This document shows, piece by piece, positions 39,176 through 49,338 of a DNA stretch of 64,000 nt. How positions within the stretch are numbered: the stretch's first letter is position 1; each line of letters begins with the position of its first letter. The notes under the pieces are model-generated. The model saw only the letters and a list, made by a program, of their open reading frames with translations. It had not been told where the DNA came from and did not search any database. This stretch comes from an uncultured Candidatus Actinomarina sp. Lineage in GTDB: Bacteria; Actinomycetota; Acidimicrobiia; Actinomarinales; Actinomarinaceae. A program made the translations under genes and the position numbers. The stretch lies in assembly GCA_902580215.1 (NCBI GenBank), contig CACHJT010000001.1:41775-105774 (forward strand). The letters run 5' to 3'.

Positions 39176-39331
39176 ATGAACAATATATCTAAATGCTCTA
39201 ACAAAAGAAGGTTTACATCTGAAAACGAAGCAAGAAAAGAAAGATTGTTTGTAGAAGAAGAATACAGTAAAAAATTTAGAATATACTTATGTACATTATG
39301 TCAAGGATGGCATTTTTCAACAATTAATTAA
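39176..39331 (+). CDS. small putative Zn-binding protein (51 aa)
   Basis: MNNISKCSNKRRFTSENEARKERLFVEEEYSKKFRIYLCTLCQGWHFSTIN; C...CxxCxxxH ligand set; stop 2 nt before uppP. Confidence 0.7.
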   Translation: MNNISKCSNKRRFTSENEARKERLFVEEEYSKKFRIYLCTLCQGWHFSTIN

Positions 39332-39333
39332 TT

Positions 39334-40098
39334 ATGATTGATATTTTATTTGGAATCATACAAGGTGTCACTGAATTTTTACCAATTTCTTCAAGTGGAC
39401 ATCTCGTTGTTTTGTCAGAGTTGTTTAAAGACAACAGTTTTAATACATATGAGATAGCGTTTTTACACTTAGGAACATTTTTTTCAATTTTAATTTACTA
39501 CTTCAAAGACATTTTTTCGATATTAAATAACCGTAACTCATTGATTCAAATTTTTAAACTTATAGTTATAGGCGTAATGCCGGCTGCAGCTTTTGGATTA
39601 TTTTTGCCAATAAGTAATTTAATTGATGAAAGTAGCGCGATTTTAGTAATTACAGCTTTAGCTTATATTTTTATTGCGAGTGTGTTGTATTTTGCTGACA
39701 AGCTAGAAGAGGGTGATAAAAGTATATTAGACCTTTCATTAAAAGAATCTCTAACAATAGGATTTGCCCAAGCCCTTGCATTGTTTCCTGGAGTATCAAG
39801 GTCAGGAATTACTCTAAGTACAGCTCTATATTTGAAATTAAAAAAAACTGAAGCAATATTCTTTTCACTTCTTCTTGGATTGCCTACAATTTTTGGTGCT
39901 TGGCTTCTTACATTTATGCAGGCCACAGAACCTATTGATAACTCTTTATGGATACCTTGCATTGCTGCATTTCTTTCCGGACTAGTTGCAATCAGAGTTC
40001 TTATTAACTTTACAGTTAGTTCTAAATTGAACGTGTTTTCAATTTATTGCTTTTTAATGGGTTTAATTTCGCTGGGGACTTACTTAATTAATCTTTAG
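39334..40098 (+). CDS. uppP: undecaprenyl-diphosphate phosphatase
   Basis: QGVTEFLPISSSGH, AQALALFPGVSRSGIT. Confidence 0.96.
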   Translation: MIDILFGIIQGVTEFLPISSSGHLVVLSELFKDNSFNTYEIAFLHLGTFFSILIYYFKDIFSILNNRNSLIQIFKLIVIGVMPAAAFGLFLPISNLIDESSAILVITALAYIFIASVLYFADKLEEGDKSILDLSLKESLTIGFAQALALFPGVSRSGITLSTALYLKLKKTEAIFFSLLLGLPTIFGAWLLTFMQATEPIDNSLWIPCIAAFLSGLVAIRVLINFTVSSKLNVFSIYCFLMGLISLGTYLINL

Positions 40099-41109
40099 AT
40101 CAATCGGTTTCTTTTTAGGTTGAAATTTCAAAATTTCATTAGCAATATCAATAACATTCTTGAAGTTTGGATTATTTTTATAAGCAAATAAATCACTTCC
40201 TTCAGAAGCAACAGTTATATCTTCTTGTAAAGGCATCTCTCCAAGAATTGGTACATCGAGTTTCTTCGATAGGTCTTTTCCTCCATCCTTTCCAAATGGA
40301 TAAAGTTTATTTCCATCAACTTCCATATATGACATATTTTCAATTACTCCAATAATGCTCGCATTAACTTTTTTAGACATAATTCCTGAACGCTCTGCAA
40401 CCATTGTTGCATTTGTTTGAGGAGTTGTAACAACGATGTTTTCAAAATATTTTAAGAATTGAGATAAAGAGATTGAAACGTCACCAGTACCAGGTGGCAT
40501 ATCTATAAGTAATATATCTATATCTTGCCATAAAACTTCAAATAAAAATTGTTCTATAGCTTTATGAAGCATAGGTCCCCTCCATATAACGGCTTCGTCT
40601 TGTTTTACAAAATACTCCATTGATATAACACTTAAATTATTGATTTTTGATGGAAAGATTCTTTCATTAAATGGAATTGGAGGAAATTTAGCTCCCAAAA
40701 TCTTTGGGACCGAGTACCCCCAAATGTCAGAATCAAGAATCCCAACTTTCTTGCCGAGTTCATCAAACGCAATACCAAGTAAGGATGTTATAGTAGATTT
40801 CCCAACACCTCCTTTACCAGATGTGATCCCAATTATTCTTTTGTTTTTATGAAAGTTGTTTTTTAAACCTTCCATATCAATATCTGCCCCCACAATTGCT
40901 GAGACATCCGCTATTTGCTTTTCAGTTGGAGTTTTAAACTTAATCTCTAAATCATTATTTTCATTAATTCTTTGACGTAAAACATCTCTAACCCACTCAA
41001 TCTCAGTAAAGTCGAGAATCTCGCATGATTTTTTCTTTAATTTTGTAATAGCATTTAATTCATCGAGGCTTCTATTAAATCCGGGATAGTTTATATCTTG
41101 TATATCCAT
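40084..41109 (-). CDS. mrp: Mrp/ApbC/NBP35-family P-loop ATPase
   Basis: SGKGGVGKST, IWRGPML, DMPPGTGD, VTTPQ, IENMS; start placed at ATG 41109 after TACAAT-N7. Confidence 0.9.
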   Translation of the reverse strand: MDIQDINYPGFNRSLDELNAITKLKKKSCEILDFTEIEWVRDVLRQRINENNDLEIKFKTPTEKQIADVSAIVGADIDMEGLKNNFHKNKRIIGITSGKGGVGKSTITSLLGIAFDELGKKVGILDSDIWGYSVPKILGAKFPPIPFNERIFPSKINNLSVISMEYFVKQDEAVIWRGPMLHKAIEQFLFEVLWQDIDILLIDMPPGTGDVSISLSQFLKYFENIVVTTPQTNATMVAERSGIMSKKVNASIIGVIENMSYMEVDGNKLYPFGKDGGKDLSKKLDVPILGEMPLQEDITVASEGSDLFAYKNNPNFKNVIDIANEILKFQPKKKPIDLKIN

Positions 41110-41148
41110 GTTTAGTATTGTATTTATATTAGGTAATAACATTACATT

Positions 41149-41643
41149 ATGATTAAAAGAAATTTACTGCTCATACTTTTAACAGCGCTTGTTGGTATCG
41201 CCGTGTTCAATGCTTCTAGTTCAGATGAGCAAGTCAATACTATTTCAGATATAAATAATGGAATTGAAGTTGATTCACTAAAACAGCTACCTTCATTAAG
41301 TATTGCGGAAATCAAGACAGAGTTTGTCATTCTTAATCTTTGGGCTAGTTGGTGTATTCCTTGTCAAAATGAAGTTGATGAATTATTAAAAATTTCTGAA
41401 CAATCAAATATAACAGTCATTGGTATTCTTGTTGATGACTCAGCATCAAATGGTAGAGAGTTTATTAGAGATAATAAAGTTACTTATAAGAATGTACTAG
41501 AAGAAGAAGAGTCTGACATTGTATTATCGCAGTTCAGTTGGACTGGAATTCCGACTACCTTAGTTTTGGATAGAAATCTTTCAATCTTACATACTCTTAA
41601 TGGTGAAATTACGGCTAACGAAATAATTGAATTAACTAAATAG
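41149..41643 (+). CDS. TlpA/ResA-family thiol-disulfide oxidoreductase
   Basis: Signal/TM helix, LNLWASWCIPC, GIPTT. Confidence 0.9.
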   Translation: MIKRNLLLILLTALVGIAVFNASSSDEQVNTISDINNGIEVDSLKQLPSLSIAEIKTEFVILNLWASWCIPCQNEVDELLKISEQSNITVIGILVDDSASNGREFIRDNKVTYKNVLEEEESDIVLSQFSWTGIPTTLVLDRNLSILHTLNGEITANEIIELTK

Positions 41644-41674
41644 CCATTGTCTATGAGTTGTTTATAATTTACAT

Positions 41675-41812
41675 ATGGATGCAATATTGTTTTGGAGAAT
41701 TTTTCTTGTATTGGGAAGCTTGGCTTATCTAGGAGCTTCAGGATTATTTGCATTAAAATTATTAGCTGCTGCTACGGGTAGAAAGCGAATAATAGACATC
41801 TTTATCAGATAG
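41675..41812 (+). CDS. small membrane protein (45 aa)
   Basis: MDAILFWRIFLVLGSLAYLGASGLFALKLLAAATGRKRIIDIFIR; TATAAT 6 nt before ATG; fills the tlpA-tRNA gap. Confidence 0.6.
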   Translation: MDAILFWRIFLVLGSLAYLGASGLFALKLLAAATGRKRIIDIFIR

Positions 41813-41814
41813 AT

Positions 41815-41891
41815 TGGTAGCGGGGGTAGGATTTGAACCTACGACCTCTGGGTTATGAGCCCAGCGAGCTACCAGACTGCTCCACCCCGCG
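41815..41891 (-). tRNA. initiator tRNA-fMet(CAU)
   Basis: CGCGGGG 5' end with C1:A72 mismatch, GGG/CCC anticodon stem around CTCATAA, encoded CCA. Confidence 0.96.
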
Positions 41892-41935
41892 CTGAATTAC
41901 TAATAATAATAAGAATTAATTTAAACTCAAGAAAT

Positions 41936-44749
41936 TTAATTGTTATTTAAAAGCTCTATAGCAAGATCTACATACTGTTGAGCTTGTTCGACAAGGTTTT
42001 GATATAAACCTAGGTTTCCATTCTGCAATTCTTGTTGGGCTTTTTCAAAAGCTTTAGTTGCTTTCTCTAGTAGCTCAAGAGCGCTTTCACCTTCTGTGTC
42101 TTCAACATTCTCAGTTGCAAAATCACCACCGAAAACACTAGCCAAAGCCTCAGACAAAGATTCCTCCATGATTATTCTGTCTTGGAAAACAACTACAACA
42201 AATTTAAATTCTGGTAATGGGTTCTGCTCTCCCTGAAGATAAATTGGTTGATAATAAAGTATTGATTGATTTATTGGAACAACAAAAAGATTACCTTTAA
42301 TAACACTTGAACCCTGCTGATCAAGAAGAGTAAATATTTGTGAAATATCAGGGTCTTGGTTAATTCTTGTTGCAACCTGACTAGGTCCATCAACAAATTC
42401 TCCTTTTGGTAGTCTAAAATCGATTAACTGTCCATAATTTTCGGGATCAGCATCTGCGACTAAAAATGACTGCATGTTTGGTCTGTTTTCCGGGTTAAAC
42501 GGTTGAAAAATTAGATAGCTTAAATCGCTTTCCCCAGGCAAGCTCATTAATAAATAATATGGCAACATTGGTTTGAAACCTATTTCAGTAAACTCTCCTC
42601 TTAAAGTAGCAACTCTAGGTGTTGTTGAGGAGTCAGATGGTATTACCCAAGGGTCTTCATCAGCATAAAATACTCTTGGATCAGTCATGTGATAATCTCT
42701 ATACATATCGGATTGTATTGTAAATAAATCTTCTGGGTATCTTATGTGATCAAGCAACTCATTACTCATAGAACTTTTTGGTGTAAACAGATTTGGAAAA
42801 ATATCTTTGTATGACAAAATTAGTGGATCATTTTCGTCAACAACATAGAAATTCATTGTGCCATCATAAGCATTTACGACTGCTTTCACTGAATTCCTCA
42901 AGTAGTTAAAGTTCATAGGGAGGCCAGAATTTTCATTAATTCTTCTCGTATCAGCAGGTTGAGCATAAGGATATTTATCAGACACAGTGTACATATCAAT
43001 TATCCAAAATAAATTTCCATCTATTAATGCTAAATATGGATCATTATCTGTGTACAAGAAAGGAGCTGCTTTTTTAACTCTACTTACAACATTTCTTTCC
43101 ATAATCAATTTTGAGTCATCAGAAAGCTGGTTTGATATTAACAAATTTAACTCACTATATCGTAGTGCAAATCCAAGTCTTCTAAAAAATGAGCCTATAC
43201 CTACACCACCATCTCCTGAATAATTTGTGTAAGCAACTGACTGACCCTCTGTAGACAAGGGATAGTCAACTTCGTCTTGTAAAGAGTTTACAACTACATA
43301 TTCAACTGATTCAGCTGATTCTCCAAAATAGATTCTTGGTTGTTCTACCTCTAATTCACTGACAGTTGTAGTAGCAGGTACACCTTTTACATAAAAATCT
43401 GGCTGACCTTGGCTTGCAACATTATTTGCAGGACTAAAAACTACGCCGTAACCATGAGTGTATTGAAGTCTTTCGTTGACCCAACCAACTGCTGGCAAAT
43501 TTGTTTGGTCTAATTCTCTAGCAGAGACCATGACCTGTGTTAGCTCACCATTAATTCTATAACGATCGACATCGACTTCATCCAGTGCGTAGTAAGCTCT
43601 AATCTCTTGGAGCTGACTATATGTTTCAGCTAAAACAGTTGGGTCCCATAATCTAATATTGTCTACAGTTTGAGCATTATCTGAAATGTCGTCATCTGTT
43701 AAATTAGGTGAAGCCTCAAATGATTTTTCTTCAATACTATCTAAACCATAAGCAAGTCTTGTATAGTTGATATGATTCTCAACATAAGGTAGTTCTTTGT
43801 TCAATTCATCAGGCACAACCCTAAATCTTTGGATTGCTGCAGGAACAACTCCGCCAACAATAATTGAAACGGCAAGCCACAAACTAATTGCAGTAGCTGG
43901 TAGTAACCAGCCTCTTCTTTTAATGTTGACTAGCAACAATACTGCACCAAACAAAGAAATTAATATCAATAGATTTAAGGCTGGTAAGTGCGCAACTACA
44001 TCTGTATAGCTTGCGCCAAAAACTTTACCTCTTGGAGAATACAGAAGCTCCATAGAATCTAATCTATAAGCAAATGCTTTGAGTACAGCTACAAATGCAA
44101 GCAAAACAGAAAGGTGGGCTTTTGCACCACTACTTACCTCTGGCAACCTACCTTGACGAAGCTGTAGAGCCCCTGTTGCAATAAAGAATAAAATAATGAT
44201 AAAGGAAGTAAAGATGACTAATTGAAATCCCCAAGATACAAAAAGTCTATACAAAGGTAATCCAAAAACATAACTTGATACATCATATTGAAAAACTGGG
44301 TCTGCTACTCCGAAAGATTTTTGGTTTATAAATAATAAAACCTGTTCCCATAATTGAGAGGCTCCAGCACCAAGAAATAAAGAAAGACCAATTGCACCCC
44401 AAAGTCTATATTTAAGAAAACGTTCATTAAAAAATTCTCTAAATCTAGTAAGTGGATCTTGAGATTCGAATGATTCAAAAATGTCCATTACAGGCGTTGC
44501 TCTTACTGCAAGTCTTAAATTAATAAATATAAATGCAAATGCTAAAAGGGATGTAGCTGCAACAAGAATAGACTTTGTTAATAGAATTTTTATCCAAACT
44601 GAATTTAAGTCAACAGAGTCAAACCATAGATAATTTGTAAAAAATGTTGCTATAGCTCTTGCAATTGAAAATCCAATAATTCCAACAAAAACAAGAAAAG
44701 ACAAACCTCTTCTTTCGTTACCGGTATTTGCACCACCAATATTGACCAT
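41936..44749 (-). CDS. UPF0182-family membrane protein
   Basis: DPVF..DVS.YVF.LP, GASYTDV.A.LP, NIRLWDP, YTHGYG, NYLRNSVKA, RYPEDLF; 937 aa. Confidence 0.93.
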   Translation of the reverse strand: MVNIGGANTGNERRGLSFLVFVGIIGFSIARAIATFFTNYLWFDSVDLNSVWIKILLTKSILVAATSLLAFAFIFINLRLAVRATPVMDIFESFESQDPLTRFREFFNERFLKYRLWGAIGLSLFLGAGASQLWEQVLLFINQKSFGVADPVFQYDVSSYVFGLPLYRLFVSWGFQLVIFTSFIIILFFIATGALQLRQGRLPEVSSGAKAHLSVLLAFVAVLKAFAYRLDSMELLYSPRGKVFGASYTDVVAHLPALNLLILISLFGAVLLLVNIKRRGWLLPATAISLWLAVSIIVGGVVPAAIQRFRVVPDELNKELPYVENHINYTRLAYGLDSIEEKSFEASPNLTDDDISDNAQTVDNIRLWDPTVLAETYSQLQEIRAYYALDEVDVDRYRINGELTQVMVSARELDQTNLPAVGWVNERLQYTHGYGVVFSPANNVASQGQPDFYVKGVPATTTVSELEVEQPRIYFGESAESVEYVVVNSLQDEVDYPLSTEGQSVAYTNYSGDGGVGIGSFFRRLGFALRYSELNLLISNQLSDDSKLIMERNVVSRVKKAAPFLYTDNDPYLALIDGNLFWIIDMYTVSDKYPYAQPADTRRINENSGLPMNFNYLRNSVKAVVNAYDGTMNFYVVDENDPLILSYKDIFPNLFTPKSSMSNELLDHIRYPEDLFTIQSDMYRDYHMTDPRVFYADEDPWVIPSDSSTTPRVATLRGEFTEIGFKPMLPYYLLMSLPGESDLSYLIFQPFNPENRPNMQSFLVADADPENYGQLIDFRLPKGEFVDGPSQVATRINQDPDISQIFTLLDQQGSSVIKGNLFVVPINQSILYYQPIYLQGEQNPLPEFKFVVVVFQDRIIMEESLSEALASVFGGDFATENVEDTEGESALELLEKATKAFEKAQQELQNGNLGLYQNLVEQAQQYVDLAIELLNNN

Positions 44750-44775
44750 GTTTATATATTATTTATCTCTCGTGT

Positions 44776-45798
44776 TTAACGTGAACTATACTGTGAAATT
44801 ACTGACAATGCTTCATCGAAAGAATCCACAGCAACTATCGCTGTTTTGTCAGTCTCAAATGGTCTAGCCTCTTCAAAATTAGCAACTGGTACAAGAATGA
44901 GCTCTGCGCCAGCTCTTTTTGCTGCAATAATCTTTTGTTTTATTCCACCAACTGGACCTACTGATCCATCTATTTCAATGGTCCCTGTTCCAGCAACTAT
45001 CATTGAGTTGGTTATATCTTCGGGAATTAAATTATTATAAACATTTAGTGCCATCATTAAACCAGCCGAAGGTCCACCTACATTGCCAGTTTTAATATCT
45101 ATTTCAAAGGGGAAATCAAACCTTTCATTTACAGTTGTGGCTAGAAAACCAACCATAGGCTCCCCCTTATACTCAACATGCTCTATTAGTGTTGTTTCAA
45201 TATACATTTGTTCTTTGACTCCATCTACTTCTCTTAAAAGCCCTATAGAAACTGTTTCTCCTATGGAGTAAGTTCTTAAAGTAGCTATAAATTCTGTTGC
45301 TGAAAATATCTCAATATTATTAATTGAGTTCAGTAGATCGCCTTTTTTCAATTTGTCTTTAACTGGAGAATCATCAAGTAAACCCACTACCGAAACACCA
45401 TCACCCTTAGTATCAATTTCATACCCTAAATTTTGTAAAGCAACTGCAATAGCGACATTTTCTGAAGTTCTCATATTTTGAATACTTATCTCAGTTAATT
45501 CTTTTGGTGAAACACCATCTGGCAAAATTACTTCTCTAGGATACAAATCATAAGATTCGTTAACTAAAGACCAAGCATAAATAAGTGCATTTGCTTCATC
45601 TCTTCTGACTGTAAGTTGAAATAAATTGCCTTCAAATAAGTAATTGTCTATATCGCCATACTCAATTTCCCATTGATAAGGAGGTCCAGGTGACATAAAG
45701 TAATAGTCTGTTGGAATAAGAGCTGCTGAAGAAGTAACAATAAACAAAACTAAAAATATAAGTAAGAATTTTTTTTGATTAACTGTTAAATTTTTCAC
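44776..45798 (-). CDS. Lon-like (S16) protease with PDZ domain (YlbL-like)
   Basis: TM anchor, PDZ region, GGPSAGLM, AGTGTI..DG.VGPVGGIKQK. Confidence 0.92.
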   Translation of the reverse strand: MKNLTVNQKKFLLIFLVLFIVTSSAALIPTDYYFMSPGPPYQWEIEYGDIDNYLFEGNLFQLTVRRDEANALIYAWSLVNESYDLYPREVILPDGVSPKELTEISIQNMRTSENVAIAVALQNLGYEIDTKGDGVSVVGLLDDSPVKDKLKKGDLLNSINNIEIFSATEFIATLRTYSIGETVSIGLLREVDGVKEQMYIETTLIEHVEYKGEPMVGFLATTVNERFDFPFEIDIKTGNVGGPSAGLMMALNVYNNLIPEDITNSMIVAGTGTIEIDGSVGPVGGIKQKIIAAKRAGAELILVPVANFEEARPFETDKTAIVAVDSFDEALSVISQYSSR

Positions 45799-45825
45799 AA
45801 TTTGATTTTAGGTTATACATATAAA

Positions 45826-45853
45826 TAAAGAGCCGGCAAAAGCCGGCTCTTTA
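45826..45853 (-). terminator. intrinsic terminator after ABC substrate-binding gene
   Basis: TAAAGAGCCGGC-AAAA-GCCGGCTCTTTA perfect inverted repeat. Confidence 0.85.
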
Positions 45854-45875
45854 AAATAAGTTAATTAAAACTTAA

Positions 45876-47258
45876 TTAGCTACATGGACCAGCTTCCCAG
45901 TCATAACCTGCAGCTGATGGACCAACATAGTTGCTACTTAATAATTTAATACCACTTGTAGCAGTTGCGTCAGGAATTCCAACAAAGCTTTCTGCGTCAG
46001 CTCTGTTTTGTCCTAACTCTCTAGTTGGCATCATGCCGTCCGAGTCAACATAAACGTTGGCAGCAGCACGTCTGATTCCAGCTCTTGTTAGGTCTCCACC
46101 TTTGACTGCTGCTTCTAATACACCTTTTATATGGTGTTGAGAAGCCCAACCAGCGGTTAAGAACAAGTTTCCAGATTCAATTCCCATTGCAGTTAGTGTT
46201 GCTCGCATAACAGCGTGACCTGGTGTGTCAGCTTCATACGGTGCAACGAAAGCCATGAGATACATAGATCCAGACTGGAATAATGGTGCTAATGCGAAAC
46301 CTTCTGCAGTAAATGCATCATTATATGAAGGTGCAGCCATCATTGCTATCGGAGTTAATCCTTGTTGGAAAGCTCCACCAGCAACCTGAGCCATTTGTGT
46401 AGGCCCAATAGCTGGGAAATAAGCATCAACTGGCTGAGTTACCATTAACCCTACAGCTTGCGCTACGTCAAACTCTGGGCTAGGAACAACATATTCCCAT
46501 GCAACAGTGAGCCCGTTAGCAGCAGCAGCAGCTTTAACGCCAGCGGCGTAGTCTCCACCATAGTCACCGGCAAATCCCATAATTCCTATTGTTTTAATAT
46601 CGACAGGTAAATTAGTCAAAGCCCAGTCAACAGCATTCATACCGTCTGCACAGTATGCTGCACCGAACTCAACAACTAATCCTCTGTCACTCTCTTTATA
46701 AGACCAACCTGAATACCAAGACATAGGAGCAGCAATCATATTATCTGCATCCATATCATCTAAAATAAACTGAGTTTGAGGTGTTCCAAGTGACATTGCT
46801 AATGCAGCAACTTCACCACGTTGTGCCTTATAACCTTCTAAATGTTTTTGAGGATTATATTGTGTATCGTATCCTTCTACAATAGCTACGCTATAATCTC
46901 CAATTCCACCAGATTGATTTGCCCATAGCCAAAATGCTCTTTGACCAGTTTCTAGTGCAGGACCTAAAGGTCCAAAAGGACCTGTATAGTCATTTAATAA
47001 TCCAAGGTAAATACAACCTTTTGATGGATCAGCACCAGTAGGAATTCCTCCTACTGCTTCTGGGCAAGGGTCTGATGTAACTCCAACACCTGTTTCAACA
47101 GTAGATGCTGTGGTAACAGCAGGAGAGTCAAGAGTTTCAACAACTTCAGGAGCTGCTTCTTCAACTGTTTCTTCTGCGGTTTCACTACCACCACAAGCTA
47201 CCATGATTAGGGCTAGAATTGTAAAAAGAATGATTCCCTGCTTACGCAATGGTTTCAT
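45876..47258 (-). CDS. HAAT-family ABC transporter substrate-binding lipoprotein
   Basis: Lipobox MVAC, IYLGLLNDYTGPF...G, DTQYNP; last gene of a liv-like operon. Confidence 0.88.
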   Translation of the reverse strand: MKPLRKQGIILFTILALIMVACGGSETAEETVEEAAPEVVETLDSPAVTTASTVETGVGVTSDPCPEAVGGIPTGADPSKGCIYLGLLNDYTGPFGPLGPALETGQRAFWLWANQSGGIGDYSVAIVEGYDTQYNPQKHLEGYKAQRGEVAALAMSLGTPQTQFILDDMDADNMIAAPMSWYSGWSYKESDRGLVVEFGAAYCADGMNAVDWALTNLPVDIKTIGIMGFAGDYGGDYAAGVKAAAAANGLTVAWEYVVPSPEFDVAQAVGLMVTQPVDAYFPAIGPTQMAQVAGGAFQQGLTPIAMMAAPSYNDAFTAEGFALAPLFQSGSMYLMAFVAPYEADTPGHAVMRATLTAMGIESGNLFLTAGWASQHHIKGVLEAAVKGGDLTRAGIRRAAANVYVDSDGMMPTRELGQNRADAESFVGIPDATATSGIKLLSSNYVGPSAAGYDWEAGPCS

Positions 47259-47317
47259 TTTCTCCCCCTTAATTTAATTAGTACTAATTATTATTAGAAT
47301 ACTATGTTTTTCAAATC

Positions 47318-48421
47318 CTAGTAGGAAAATGGCCAAGCTTTAAAATAATTGCGTAACCTAAACCAAATACCCCATAAACCTCTGGGTTCAAATATTAGAA
47401 ATAAAATTATAAACAATCCAAATAAAATTCTTTCAATTTGACCAAGGTTTAATGGTAGAGATTGTTCACTAATTTCAAGTGCTTTAATAGCAACAAGAAT
47501 AAATGCAGGAAATAGAGTGTAAAAGAATGCTCCAAATAGCGGTCCGAGAACTGTACCTGCTCCCCCAATTACAACAATTGCAACAAAAATTATCGAATAC
47601 AATAAATTAAAAGTTCCAGGTTCAACTCCCCCAGACACTGTGAAAAACATTGCACCACTTATTCCGCCAAAAAAACTTGATAAAGCAAAAGCTGAGGATT
47701 TATATCTAAAAATATTTATTCCTATTGCTTCGGCAGCTATATCGCCATCTCTAATAGCTGAGTAAGCTCTTCCAGCTCTCGTTCTAATTAGATTTTTTAC
47801 ACCTAAACCTGTAAAAATACATAAAGCTAAGCAAATAAGATAAAGAATTTCATTTTTATCTAAAAAATATGTTCCAATCTGAATTCCGCTTTCTAAATCA
47901 ACTCCAAGCAATTTTAATTTTGCTACTTTTCTTCCTAAGCCAGCACCTCCAGTTACAGTTTTAAAATTTGAAAATAGATGGGATCCAATAAATACTAAAG
48001 CTAAAGTTACAAGACCTAGGTTTAATCCCTTTAATCTTACAGTTATGGGTGCAATCATTAAGCCAACGATCGAAGCAGCTATTCCAGATAAAGGCAGCCA
48101 GATAATCATATCTAACTCGTATCCAATGACGCTTGATGTAGCAATGCCGCCGATAATTGCAGAAGTATATGTACCTATTCCAACAAAAAAACCATGAGCT
48201 AAGTTTATTTGACCTGCAAAACCAGATACTATGTTTAGCCCCCACGAAGCGACTGCAATTAAGAAAGCAGTTGTAAGAAGTAATAGCCAATAATCAGATG
48301 CGAAAAAGCTAAAAACAATTGCTGAAATTACTACAATTACAAACCAAACTTTTTGAGTGTTGTTTGAAAATATTGCAGACTCTTTTGAATAATCTGTATA
48401 AAGATTTGGCCTACCTCTCAT
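47318..48421 (-). CDS. HAAT-family ABC permease (LivM-like)
   Basis: GLNIVSGFAGQINLAH, GRAYSAIRD...AEAIGIN, IGG.G...GP. Confidence 0.92.
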   Translation of the reverse strand: MRGRPNLYTDYSKESAIFSNNTQKVWFVIVVISAIVFSFFASDYWLLLLTTAFLIAVASWGLNIVSGFAGQINLAHGFFVGIGTYTSAIIGGIATSSVIGYELDMIIWLPLSGIAASIVGLMIAPITVRLKGLNLGLVTLALVFIGSHLFSNFKTVTGGAGLGRKVAKLKLLGVDLESGIQIGTYFLDKNEILYLICLALCIFTGLGVKNLIRTRAGRAYSAIRDGDIAAEAIGINIFRYKSSAFALSSFFGGISGAMFFTVSGGVEPGTFNLLYSIIFVAIVVIGGAGTVLGPLFGAFFYTLFPAFILVAIKALEISEQSLPLNLGQIERILFGLFIILFLIFEPRGLWGIWFRLRNYFKAWPFSY

Positions 48422-49338
48422 ACTCTTTCAACCTCTTCTGTACCAAACAGTCCATCTGGTTTGAAAATTAAAATAACAAACATAATTAAATATGGAGCTA
48501 ATAAAGAAAATCCATTACCTAGAGAAATACCTACAATACCTTCTAATTGAAACTGATAGTAAGCAACATATCCTTGGGTTAATCCAATTATGATAGAACC
48601 AACCACTGCACCTGGAATAGAGTCTAGTCCTCCAATAACTACTGCTGGTAGTGCTCTAAGTGCCTTAACAAAACTAAATTGTGATAAAGTGTTGAAACCA
48701 CCTGTCATAAAGAAACCTGAAAAAGCGGCTAGTATACCTGCAATAAACCAAACTAAACCAAAAATTCTACCTACATTTATTCCCTGAGCTAAGGCAGCTT
48801 CTTGATCAAAAGATGTTGCTCTCATAGCTACTCCGTATTTAGATCTTTTGAAAAAAATAGACAATATAGTTATTAGGACTATAGCTGTAACTAAAGCTGC
48901 AATTTCTAAATATTTCAGGTTTATACCACCTACATTCACAGATCCTAATGTTCCATAAGTTGGAAATGGATCTCCTAAATATCTTGGATTTATACCAATC
49001 CAGCTATCTAGAAAAGTTCTTAAGAGTATATCAATTCCTATTGTTAGTACTGCTACAGAAAACACGGGCTCGCCAACCATTGGTCTTAAAAATGTTCTCT
49101 CAATTATTAAACTTAAAACTCCAGTAAGAATTATTGCTAATAATAATGCGGGTATAAATGGTAAGCCTCTATCCACAGCTAGTGAACTTATTATCCCAGC
49201 ACCAACTACTGCAAGTGCTGGTTGTGCAAAACTCAGTACATCCATAGACTTATAAATTAGTACAAACCCTATTGCAACAAGTGAATATATAGCTGCGAGA
49301 GAAAGCCCCTCAACTGTTGCTTGTAAAAAGATTGTCAA
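48418..49338 (-). CDS. HAAT-family ABC permease (LivH-like)
   Basis: IYSLVAIGFVLIY, GVAMRATS, VIGGLDSIPGAVVG, KPDGLFG. Confidence 0.92.
   Translation of the reverse strand: MTIFLQATVEGLSLAAIYSLVAIGFVLIYKSMDVLSFAQPALAVVGAGIISSLAVDRGLPFIPALLLAIILTGVLSLIIERTFLRPMVGEPVFSVAVLTIGIDILLRTFLDSWIGINPRYLGDPFPTYGTLGSVNVGGINLKYLEIAALVTAIVLITILSIFFKRSKYGVAMRATSFDQEAALAQGINVGRIFGLVWFIAGILAAFSGFFMTGGFNTLSQFSFVKALRALPAVVIGGLDSIPGAVVGSIIIGLTQGYVAYYQFQLEGIVGISLGNGFSLLAPYLIMFVILIFKPDGLFGTEEVERV

Noticed and set aside
41647..41668. TTGTCTA-N9-TATAAT as a fifth PafBC-like promoter
   Set aside because: Spacer is one nucleotide short and the core differs from TGTCAY.
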